A DNA stretch of 64,000 nucleotides. Origin: the human T2T-CHM13v2.0 reference genome, Homo sapiens. Numbering within the stretch: the stretch's first letter is position 1; each line of letters opens with the position of its first letter. The notes beneath the pieces were generated by a model. It made no database searches, was not told the origin of the DNA, and worked only from the letters and a program-made list of their open reading frames with translations. Shown one piece after another: positions 28,128-39,422 of this stretch. The stretch lies in the NCBI RefSeq assembly GCF_009914755.1, contig NC_060929.1; one strand, 5' to 3'. A program made the position numbers and the translations under genes.

Positions 28128-28405
28128 AAAACAAGAATTAAAATAAATAATATAATATGTATTTTAATACAGGTAATAAATAAATAAATGTATAATATAG
28201 TATGTATCTTAATAATATAATATGTATTTTAATATAATATGTATTTTAATATGTATTTTAATTTAATAATATAATATGTATTTTAATATGTATTTAATAT
28301 TTAAATATAATCTTATTTTAAAATAAGAATTAAAATAAATAATAATATAATATGTATTTTAATATAATAATATAATATGTAATTTAATATAGTATGTATT
28401 TTAAT
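28128..28405 (+). repeat. AT-rich minisatellite of AATATAATATGTATTTT-like units
   Basis: About 10 degenerate copies, plus a duplicated AAGAATTAAAATAAATAAT leader. Confidence 0.8.
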
Positions 28406-29526
28406 TTCCACCAGGAAATTAAGTCCTCCATAGAATTACAAAGTGCCTCCCTGAAGCATTGCCATTTCAATAGAGAACTACGAGATTTGAATGACATTCA
28501 GTCAGTCCCATTGACAGGTGTCAGTGATGACTGGATTTGTTGTGTGAGGCCCAGGGAGATGTCAAGTATGTTTCTGTCTTTGGTGGCCGTGTGGTTGTGG
28601 TATATTACTCAGCGTTGTGGATACCCAGTGAAGAGAGCTGGGGACAAGGGAAAGATCATGGGTTCCGTATTGGACAGGTTGAATTTAAAGTGATTCTGAG
28701 ACATTTACATTGGAGATGATTGGCAATTAAGAATTTTGTATGAGTAAATATAAACCTTAAGCCCAGAAGGGAAGACTTTACTTGAGAGATGGATTCGGGG
28801 TCATCATTTTACAAATGGAGGAAAAAAAAAAGCCATAGAGCAGATGAGACTCTCCAGGGATAGTGGGTAGAATTAGAAGAGTACTTAGGTAGGTGCTTGA
28901 GGACCACACATAGCAAGAAAGCCCTGCAGGAGAAACTTCAAAACGGCTACTCAAGAGAAAAAAGAAAAAAGAGGATACTTGGATCCCATAGAAATGAAGG
29001 AAAGAGAGAGTTTATGAAAAGAGGAACTGTTCTGCTGTGTTGGCTACTGCTTAGAGATCTAGGAAGATAAGGTTTGGGTTGCTTTACTCATCTAGAAACA
29101 AGGAAGTCTTTAGTCACCTACAGGAAAATTGTCAGTGTAACGGTGGGATCAGCCTCATTACATTGGTGCCTGGAGGTAGCAGAAGGCAAGGAAATAGATT
29201 CCATCAGGTTCCACATCTCTCCAAGGTCTTGCATATCTGTGAAACATGTGTGTTGATGTCCCCTGTCCACTTCAAATGAGGTACATTTGAAGTACCTCAA
29301 ATGTAAAGAACTTCAACATAAAGCAGAATAAAATACATCTGTAATGCTGGCGTACGTAGGAGAAAGGGAGAAATCATACTCTGCTTTTGCTAATTCTTCT
29401 GCTTCCATCGTAACTGTCCTCTTAAACTCATCTCTGAATGTTGTAAAACTACTCCAAACTTAAAGTTCTCATGTTATTGGGAAGGCTAAAAGCCCACAGT
29501 TGTAATCGTTCTCAAAAATGTTTTCC

Positions 29527-29844
<318 letters not shown>

Positions 29845-29845
29845 T

Positions 29846-31235
29846 TACTTTGCTTACTTTGCTGCAGCGTGGAGAACCCTACTCGCTTTCTCTGCGAAAT
29901 CACCAAGGCAGCTGGGAGCCTGAACACATGTCCTGAAAACCGGAGGGCGGGTGTATGATGAGCAGGCCCTCATTCTGCTTGGTAATGCGGGGCTCAGATT
30001 CGCGTCCTCTACGCTCACTTTTACTTTGGCCAAACCAACTGTACCCCTGAATTTCCTTCCCACAAGGTTCTAGCATTTAAGGGTGATGATGGATTCTCTG
30101 TGTGGGAGAGCAATGCTATTGCCACCTATGTGAGCAATGAGGAGCTGTGGGGAAGTGCTCCAGAGGCAGCAGCCCAGGCTGTGCAGTGGGTGAACTTTGC
30201 TGATGATAGCCAGTACCAGGGTGTTCCCACCTTGGGCAAAATGCACCATGACAAACAGGCCACCCAGGATGCAGGGGAAGAGGTGAGGTGAAGTCTGGGG
30301 CTGCTAGATGCTCACTTGAAGATGAAGACTTTTTCTGGTGGGTGAGTGAGTGACATTGGCTGACATCATAGTTATCTGCACCTTGTTGTGACTCTATAAG
30401 CAGGTAGGTTCTAGAGCCTTCTTTCTACCAGGCCATTCCCATTATCAACTGCTGGTTCCTCACCTACATTTACCAGCCCCAGTTCCAGGCTGTCTTGGGT
30501 GGAAATGAAACTGTGTGAGAACATGGCCCACTTTGATGCTAAAATATTTGCAGAGAGCCAGCCTAAAAAGGACACTCCACGGAAAGAGAAAGGTTCACGG
30601 GAAGAGAAGCAGAAGCCCCAGGCTGAGCGGAAGGAGGAGAAAAAGGTGGCCACCCCTGCTCCTTAAGCGGAGATGAAGGAATGTGAGCAGCCCAAGAACA
30701 CCTTTGAGTTGGATGAATTTAAGCACAAGTACTCCATCGAGGACACACTCTGAGGCAATGACATGTTTTGGAGAGCACTTTGATAAAGACGGCTGGTCCC
30801 TGAGGTACTCTGAGTATCGCTTCCCTGAAGAACTCACCAGACCTTCATGAGTTGCAGTCTCATCACTGGAATGTTCCAGCGATTGGACGAGCTGAAGAAC
30901 ATGTCTTTGCTAGTGTCATCCTCTTTAGAGTCAACAATAGCAGCTCCATTTCTTGAGTCTGGGTCTTCCAAGGCCAGGAGCTTGCCTTTCTGCTGAGTCC
31001 AGATTGGCAGATGGACTCCGAGTCATATAAAAGGCAGAAACTGGATCCTGGAAGCAAAGAGGCCCAGACACTGGTTGGAGAGTACTTTTCCTGGGAGGGG
31101 GTCTTCAAGCATTTGGGCAAAGCCTTCAGTCAGCACAAGATCTCCAAGAGAATATTTTTTTTTACCATTGCCAAGCAGCCTGCACTTGCCCTTCACGAAG
31201 ATGGGAATCATTAAAGGAAACTGAACATTGACAAT
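29846..31235 (+). pseudogene. EEF1GP2: Processed pseudogene of eukaryotic elongation factor 1 gamma (EEF1G); the symbol EEF1GP2 is from recall
   Basis: Intronless remnants [33 protein letters not shown] and [29 protein letters not shown]; start ATG>AAG at 29905; many stops and indels; ATTAAA at 31210; 17-bp TSD AAAAAGATGTTTTCGTT at 29829-29845 and 31236-31252. Confidence 0.93.
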
Positions 31236-31609
31236 AAAAAGATGTTTTCGTTCAACGGCTCATCAGCTATTTAGAACCCCATTCTATTGTTTCCCTGAGT
31301 GTAATCCAGATTTTGTTTTCACACTTCCAAAGGTGAGTGGTTCACGAGGGCAACTTACCAGGTGCTAGATAGCATGGACTCTGAAATCAGACGAAAGTTG
31401 GTTTGGATGCTGCCTCTGCCAAATCTTTGACTGTGATATCTTGGACAAGGAATTTAAGCTAAGAGTCTTTTTTTTTTTTTTAATGTGAAATGGGAATTAT
31501 AACACCTAGCTCTCAGACCTGTTAAAAGACTCACATATGATGATGCATGTAAACAGAAAATAGCATAGCCTTTGGCACAGAGAATATGTTAACATATAAT
31601 AGATCTAAA

Positions 31610-31815
31610 ATTTTTCCATTTTTAATTGAAAAAAGTACAATTAAAAAAGAATTATTTAATTGAAAAAGCATTCTTTTCAATTACAAGATTCTTTTCTAAT
31701 TGAGAAGAATTTTAATTTAATTTTCAAGTAAAAAACAATTATTTTTAATTAAAGAAGAATTCTGTAATTAAACAAGAATTCTTTTTCAATTAAAAAAGAA
31801 TTTTTAATTAAAAAT
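31610..31815. repeat. AT-rich low-complexity tract of alternating AATTCTTTTT / AAAAAGAATT inverted units
   Basis: For example AATTCTTTTTCAATTAAAAAAGAATT at about 31777-31802. Confidence 0.7.
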
Positions 31816-32182
31816 ACAAGAAAGATTCTACCAGTCTTTGATTGCTGAAATATTTCTTAATCGTTTTGGCTGAAAGTGTCTTTCTGTAATTCCCAAGCAT
31901 TGGCCTTAGTTATTGCTCTTGGACCTGGCCAATAAGTGTAATCTATTTTCCCATTATAGCTCTCCAATCATTAAATCTTCTCCCCTCCACGGTAAGCATC
32001 TCAATTTCTTCAAACTTTCCTTAAAGAGCATGCTTTTAAGACCCCTCTCTATCATTGTTGCTACTTTTTTGAATTCACTCCAAGGTGTCCCTATTCATCC
32101 AGAATGGAGAAGGTGGAATTTGATCTGATAGTTGAAGGATTATTGGATTTTATGGAATATATTCAGAGACTTTAGTCTGTTT

Positions 32183-32410
<228 letters not shown>

Positions 32411-32758
32411 TCAATTATATTCATTTGACAGCAAAGACTCCTCAATGTGTTTGGAGTGGGTGTGAGACATGATCAGATGGTCATTTTGGTGCATTATTCA
32501 TATGGTGGGTGTAAGGGAAAAGAGAGAGAAATAAGGGAATCGTTCATGTGTATTAATTGAGAATCAATATTAATAGTAGTGTGACTTGGAGAAAGGTACA
32601 GATTTGAGGTCTACGTTAGCTATTTACAGGAATTATTTTAACTTTCCCTATTTCCTAGAATATCAGATATGAATATACTTGTCCACTTTTCTCCTTTTAA
32701 AACAAATGCTTATTAAATGTCAATTTTTTTAAAAACAGAGCATTGTTTATACATGCCA

Positions 32759-33153
32759 GGACTTTAGTCTGTTTGTGTTGTTACAAAGGAATACCTGAGG
32801 CTGTAATTAAAAAGGAAAGAAGTTTATTTGGCTCGCAGCTTTGCAGGCTGTACAAGAAGCATGACACCAGCATCTGCTTCCAGTGAGGGCCTTAGGAAGC
32901 TTCCACTCATGCGGGAAGGTGCAGGGGAGCAAGTATCACATGGTGAGAGAGGAGGGAGAGGAGGAGGAGCCAGGCTCCTTTTAACAGTCAAATCTCACAG
33001 AAATGAATAGAGCAAGAACTCCTTCATTATCGTGAGGACAGTTCATGACAGATCTGCCTCCATGACCCAAACACCTTCTACCAGGCCCCATCTCCAACAT
33101 TAAGGATCAAATTTCAACATGAGATTTGAAGGGGACAAATACGCAACTAGATC
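32759..33153. mobile_element. MaLR solo LTR (MSTA/MSTB-like)
   Basis: ttagtctgtttgtgttgttacaaaggaatacctgagg...tttcaacatgagatttgaaggggacaaat. Confidence 0.85.
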
Positions 33154-33454
33154 ATGCAAGGAATTTAAAAAAATCAAAAATAAAACATTAGGGATGTTTA
33201 TAGTTTGGGACAATGTGATTTTAAAAAAGCTTCATAGAACATGGGGCATTTGAACTTTACTTATAAGGATGGTTATATATTATGTATTTAATTAATTATG
33301 CATTTATTTAATTATGTATTAATTACACATTAATTATGTATTTCTTTTGTCTTATTTGACAAAAGAAAAGAAGACATTCCAAGTGGAAAAAACAAGGTGA
33401 GCAAAGGCAGGTGGAAAGACTAGGTTACAGTCAGGGAAAATTTTATTAGTTTAC

Positions 33455-33654
33455 AGTTGTATTGTCTAATACTATAGCCACTAGCCATATATGAGCACTT
33501 AAAATTAGTTAAATCAAATTAAAAATTCATTTCCACAGCCACACTAGTCACATTCCAAGTGCTAGTAAGTTGTATATAGCTAATCGCTAGTATACTGAAC
33601 AGCACAGCTATAGAACATTTTCATCATTACAGAAAGTTCGATTGAGTAGTGCTG
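33455..33654. mobile_element. MER3-like hAT-Charlie MITE
   Basis: tagccactagccatat and tatagaacattttcatcattacagaaagttc motifs. Confidence 0.7.
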
Positions 33655-33697
33655 GGCTAAAGAATGATGCTGCGTATAGAGAGTAAGAAATTATCAG

Positions 33698-33700
<3 letters not shown>

Positions 33701-33733
<33 letters not shown>
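33701..33733 (+). repeat. (CA)n microsatellite
   Basis: Directly visible. Confidence 0.95.
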
Positions 33734-33734
<1 letters not shown>

Positions 33735-34025
33735 AGATTTGGAGTCTGAATTTTATTGTGTTGGTGTATCAACATCTGTTTTGGTTAAAAGAAACAAAAT
33801 GTAACTTAAACTGGCTTAAACAACAAATGGAGTTTATTAGCTCAATTATCTGAAAAGTCCAGAAATAACCTCAGCTTCAGAAATAGCTGCTTCAGAGTTT
33901 CTGCTGAGCTTTTATTTGATTTTCTCTTGTCTTTTTTCTTCTATGTATTGGCTTTATTCTCAGGCTGGCTTTCCAATATAGAAAAACAGCTGAAGTAGTT
34001 CTAGGTCTCAAGCTCCCAAATGACA

Positions 34026-34428
34026 TTGTCTTTGTTTTATGTTGCTATAACAAACTACCTGAGACTGGGTAATTTATAAAGAACAGAAATGTGTTGGCTC
34101 GCAGTTCTGGAGGCTGGGAAGTCCAAGACTGAAGGATTGCACCTAGAGAGGCTCTTCCTCTTGCACCATCACATGGTGGGAGGTATTGTGTGGGTGAGAG
34201 AAAGAAAGAGAGAAAATGAGAGAGACAGAGAGAGCGCCAAACTCACTTTTATAACAAATCCAGTCTTCTGATAATAAACCCACTCCTGTGATAACAACAT
34301 TAATCTATTTATAAGGAAAGAGCCTTCATGACCTAATCACCTCTTAAAGGTCTCACCCCTCAACACTGTTGCATTGGGGTTTAAGCTTCCAACACTTGAA
34401 CTTTGGGGGACACATTCAAACCACAGCG
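34026..34428. mobile_element. MaLR solo LTR (MSTC/MSTD-like)
   Basis: gctataacaaactacctgagactgggtaatttataaagaacag...ctttgggggacacattcaaaccacagc. Confidence 0.85.
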
Positions 34429-34464
34429 CACATGATTCAGAAGAAAAGAGCTGCTCTTCTTCTT

Positions 34465-34740
34465 CTTTTTTTTTTTTTTCTTTTTTTTGACGGAGTTTTG
34501 TTCTTCTTGCCCAGGCTGGAGTGCAATGGCACAGTCTCGGCTCACTGAAAACTCTGTCTACCGGGTTCAAGCAATTCTCTTGCCTTAGCCTCCCAAGTAG
34601 CTGGGATTACAGGTGCCCACCATCATGCCCAGCTAAGTTTTTTTATATTTTTACTAGAGATGGGGTTTCACCATGTTGGCGAGGCTGGTCTTGAACTCCT
34701 GACCTCAGCTGATCCACCCGCCTCAGCCTCCCAAAGTGCT
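34465..34740 (-). mobile_element. AluS, slightly 5'-truncated
   Basis: Poly-T plus reverse Alu ending at CCCAAAGTGCT. Confidence 0.9.
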
Positions 34741-37659
34741 CTTCTTCTTGATCTTGACCACAGGAAAATAAATTCCTGCACCTTTTTGAACTTGCCCCAT
34801 TTATGTCCCTGCCCACTCCTGCACTGTTTTGCTATGGCCAAGGGAGTGTCATGTACTGACTGATGCCTGACACAATCAGCGTGGCATGAGAGATAGGATA
34901 ATGTAGATGGGCTTAGGCTGGTCTGGGTCAATCTTTGAGGTGAGGGTGGAGTCAGTTCTACCCATAAGCCATCTGGGTGCCACCCAGCCTGGGTGGGGTT
35001 AAATGGGGCTCTTTTTAAAAAGCAATTCCTGTTGCAATTCCCAATACGAAATCATTATGTAATTTTATTTTTTTAAATAACAAATCTTTATTTGACTTGA
35101 TTAGGTTTGAAAAACTTTAAACTGTAATACAGATAAAACAGAGAAGAGATACAGCAAAGAATAACCAGAATTGCCTTTTTTTATAAAAAGTGTTATGATT
35201 TTATTTAAAACATAAATTCACAGAAGATAATTAAGTTCAAAACTTTAAGGAACGATTTCTAAGGCACTTAACACACAATATACATACTGCTATAAAAAGA
35301 ATATTAAAATCCATGCACCACATAGTCAAATAAAATCTTCATTATCTTATTGCTACTCTCTAAACTACTCTTGTGACAAAACAAATGAACAAATAAACAA
35401 ATTGTAAGTTATTAAAAACATTACCAAGCAAACAAACAAACAAAAAGCCTTCAAACTAGAGATCTTAGAGTCAGCTGTGAAAATGATCAACTTGTCATGA
35501 AAAAAATGGTTTGACACATTATGAATGAAATGAACCACATTAAACCTGTGTAAAATTAGTCATGTCTTAATTGATGGCTAATCAGCACTAACAAAAAAAG
35601 GAGAAAAGCTAAAATTCCGTATAAATATATATGGAACTTGACAATGATCTCAATGAACATTTTCTCCCTATAAAATATTATCACTAACATATTAATAAAT
35701 CTTATTTTGCATAATGACAATATGAAAATAGTAGAACACATACTTCCCATAAAAAGTGACATGTTACTTTCTACAGAAATAACCATTAACGACCATCCTA
35801 TTGCAAAACTAGCAAGATCAGGAAGTCTGGTTTTAGAATGATCTTGTTATCTCTTTCGCTCTCTTATGCCTAACGTCTTTTTTCCTCTTTTTCCCTCAAA
35901 AGTATTCTGTTTATCTTCCACTCTTTCTCTGTCAACATAGCTATCATAATATTTATTCTAAAATTATTCTTTCTTTGAAAATGAGCAGCCTATTTCCTGT
36001 TTTCCCTTTTCCAATTCTGAGCTTGCTCTCTTGTCCTCATTCTCCTCTTCCTCTTCCTCAAATTTTCTGGGTGGACCAGCTCATCTTCCACATCATCTTT
36101 ATTATCATTATTTTCATACTCATCCTCTTCCTCTTCTGAGTTGGCATTCATTAGCTTTCTTACCAAATCCCTCTAAATATGTTTTGCTGCATCAGTTGAA
36201 AAATATACTTTCTCTAAGAATGTTTAGGACTGCTAAATAAGTCAAGGTTTTGCAGAACTCTACTAAACTGAGCTTTCTAAGTTTTGGTTTCATTCCAAAT
36301 GAAATCGTTAGAATTTTGGCATTTCTTTGCCAGGACTTCTAAGTCTCCAGAAATAGCATTGTTTCTAAGAAAACCAGTCAAAGAAGGACTTATGCTTCAG
36401 CCATACATAGAAACACTGGTTCTTTGAAAAGATCATTCCTCCCTTCAATTTCTCCATGGATGACTGGCAACTATTAATGACCAGTTTGGTCACTCAGGCT
36501 TTTCACGACTCCCTCCTCCTCTGTTACCACTAGTCTCATTTTTCCCCTTCCTCCTTCTTGTACTAATTCTAATATCAAAATTTAAAAAAAAATAGAAAAT
36601 GAATGAAAAGGGAAACAAATATACCACTCACCTCCAACGAAAAGATGTGTAAGATAAAGAACAAAATAGCCAACGGAGTTCAAATAGGTGGAATGTTAAC
36701 TTGGCCTCCCTTTTCTCTTCATCCGTAAACATCCATAGCTCCTTTCCCTTCGATGGCTGTTCAGAGACTTGCATTATTTTAAAAATATATAATGTGATCA
36801 GAACTGTAATTCTGGAATATTATTTGGATGGTGGTGTGTGTAAATTGCACCAGAGAGGAAAAAACCAAGAAGCAGGGAATTAATTATGAAAGTATTCTAT
36901 TAACCCAGGCAAGAAAAAAGGTGGATTAAACATGATTTTTTTTTCTCAGTGGAAAGTAAGCAGAGGATAAAATTCCTGGCAGTGTTATTAAGCTAAAATT
37001 TGTTAGACCTGTCTTGGAATCTAGGTGATCGGCAGGGAAATTATAGTGACTTTACCATGAAAAGGGAGCACAGAAGGAAGATTAGAGGAATGATGGTAAA
37101 TTTTGGTTGGGCACTTATCGAAATTGAGGGGCATCTTCAGCGTTTAGGTAGTTTTCCCACAGGTAGATGGCAAAATGGAACTGAAAGAATGGAGTTGAGA
37201 GTGGATCCCCAAAGATAGAAAGGCTTGAACAGGCAAAAACAAAAAAATGTTGATAGAGTACCATAAAAAACTGTTATGTATAAGAAGAGGTACTTAGCAG
37301 TGAATCTGAGAAGAAACAGTAAGGTAACTTGCAGGAGAATTCTGAGAGTTAATTATCTGGAGTTTGAGAGAGGAGTGAATTTAAGGTGGTAAAGCATGTC
37401 TATTTGGGGGGAGAAAAGAGTGAGAGGGTTTTGTGATTATTCTATAAGCACTTGCAAAGGGTTTAACCTCCCAAATAAAAAGACGTATTTCTTTTCCACA
37501 GATAAGAGATAAGAGTTCTAGATGAAATATATAGGCACGGAGTAGAAAAAAACACCTTCCATCCCTACTTTTTTTTCTTATTGTTTTTTTCCACTCCAGA
37601 TAAAAGAGAAAGTTGAAATCAGCTTGGTGTGGTCTCCACAGAGAGTCAAATACCTCAGC

Positions 37660-37900
37660 TAGCTTCAGTTTGCACTTCCAGAACCACCGTCCACCTTTGT
37701 TTACCCTGCTTGTGACCCATTGAGGCTTACTTAGTTGAATTATGTCAAGGGGCTTCCTTGCCTCCTGTTTTCCTGTTGGGTTTGGACAAGGGTGAACACT
37801 GTTGGACCATCACAGGGCAGTAGTAAAGTGTTATTGAGTATTTTCCTTCCGGTTTTCTCCATGCTGCTTCATTGCGTGTTGACTCTGTCCCACTGTGGTG
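37660..37900. mobile_element. ERVL LTR33/LTR16-like fragment
   Basis: gggcttccttgcctcctgttttcctgttgggtttggacaa motif. Confidence 0.5.
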
Positions 37901-38074
37901 TCTTGTCTACAGTAGGGACCAATGGGATTGGGGTCTGGTTTTAGCTCAGTGTTGTGATGTAAGCATTAATAAACCACCTATGCATAAGCACTTTGTAATA
38001 CCCAGGCTCCATATTTCCAGTTTGACTGCCTAAGTTTCCCTTTAAACCTCTGACATTCTGTGAGTGTGGATAGT

Positions 38075-38240
38075 GCTTTGCTGTTCAGTACAATCTGTGA
38101 AACAGCAGGATCTACTTTTCCTAGCAAGTTGTTAGAAATGTAGAATTATAGACCTTACTCCAAATCTACTGAATTGGAATCTACATTCTCAAAAGATACC
38201 CAGATGATTTATATGTATTTTAGGACTTGGGAAATACTGA
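38075..38240. mobile_element. MER5A-like MITE
   Basis: ttgttagaaatgtagaattatagacc...ctactgaattggaatctacatt. Confidence 0.7.
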
Positions 38241-38475
38241 GATAGTATACAATTATAGTTAAAGAGTATGGAGTTTAGGGTCAGAGTGACCTGGTTATGA
38301 GTTTTGACTCTTCTACTATTTACTAGCTCTATGAACTTGTGACAAGTTGTTGACTTTTTTGAATCTCAAGGTCTAACCTGAAAATAATAACCCTAGGGAT
38401 GTTGTGAAGAGTCAGTAAGACAATGCGACAATGCGATTCTTATTGTTGTGCAGCACTTATTCATTAAATACTTAT

Positions 38476-38858
38476 AGTTAAAGCAAGTAAGAAGGAGGCC
38501 ATTAGCCTGAGATTGTCTCTGTAATAGGAACTCCAACATAGGCAAACCAAAACTCAATTAAATGTAAACGGTAAAACACAAGTTAAGTTTAACCAATTAG
38601 AAACCTCCAGCTAACCTCTAGCTTGGGACTCTCCACTGCAACACACCCCAGTAAAGCAAATGCCTAGCTGTAGCCTATCAAGTAACTTCCTTATTTTGCT
38701 TTCATGGTTGGTCTAAAAAAGCTTGCTACTCCCACTGCAGCGAGGGGCTGTCTGAACTTCTGGTTCTGTTTTCCTTTTGACTTTCCTGCTTGATTCATGA
38801 ATCATTCTTTGCTTAAATAAATTCTGTTAAATTTTTGCCTAAGGTTTTTCTTTTAACA
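38476..38858 (+). mobile_element. ERV1 solo LTR (MER57/LTR54-like)
   Basis: Termini (a)GTTAAA...TTTAACA; 4-bp TSD TTAT; internal CCAAT and AATAAA. Confidence 0.8.
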
Positions 38859-39327
38859 TTATGGATACCTTCAATGTTCCAGACACTGTGCTGGGTGCTC
38901 AGCAGTCAACAACACAGACAGTCCCTGGCCTCATGAAGCTTAGGTTGTTTTCAAGTCCTATGGACCAAAGTTATGCTTTGGTCCTGGAACAAGGAAGCAT
39001 GATGCAGTAGATAGATCATTGACCTCAAGGGTGAAAATACATAGATTGCAACCCTCCTTCTTTTAAAGGCATACTGAAGGGCCTTAAACAAGTCATTTCA
39101 GCTTTCTGAACCTTGTCTGAAAATGGGATCTTAAGAATATTGGACTACATGAGCATATTCCAAACTGTGTTTCATAGAACACTAAACTTATGAGCTTCTC
39201 CATGGAGGAGATAAGAAAGACACGTGGCCAAATAAGTTTGGGAACTTATTTCCTTATAAGGAAATCACAAGTAAAACATCTCTTTAACTTGAAGTAATTT
39301 TGCATTTCTGACACTCATTATTGACAG

Positions 39328-39422
39328 ACTTTCTTTCCTCCTTTCCTTCTTCTTTCTCTCTCTCTCCTTCCCTCCTTTCTTCTTGCCTTTCCTCCCTTCT
39401 TTCCTTCCTTTTTCTTTCTTTC
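39328..39422 (+). repeat. CT-rich polypyrimidine low-complexity tract
   Basis: Directly visible. Confidence 0.85.

Larger units (their letters stand above)
33765..34990. mobile_element. Old MLT1-like LTR split by an MST LTR and an Alu
   Basis: aacttaaactggcttaaacaacaaatggagtttattagctca at the left end; remainder after 34740. Confidence 0.5.

Noticed and set aside
29846-31235. Functional EEF1G retrogene
   Set aside because: The start codon is lost, there are many stops and frameshifts, and the longest sense ORFs are under 70 aa.
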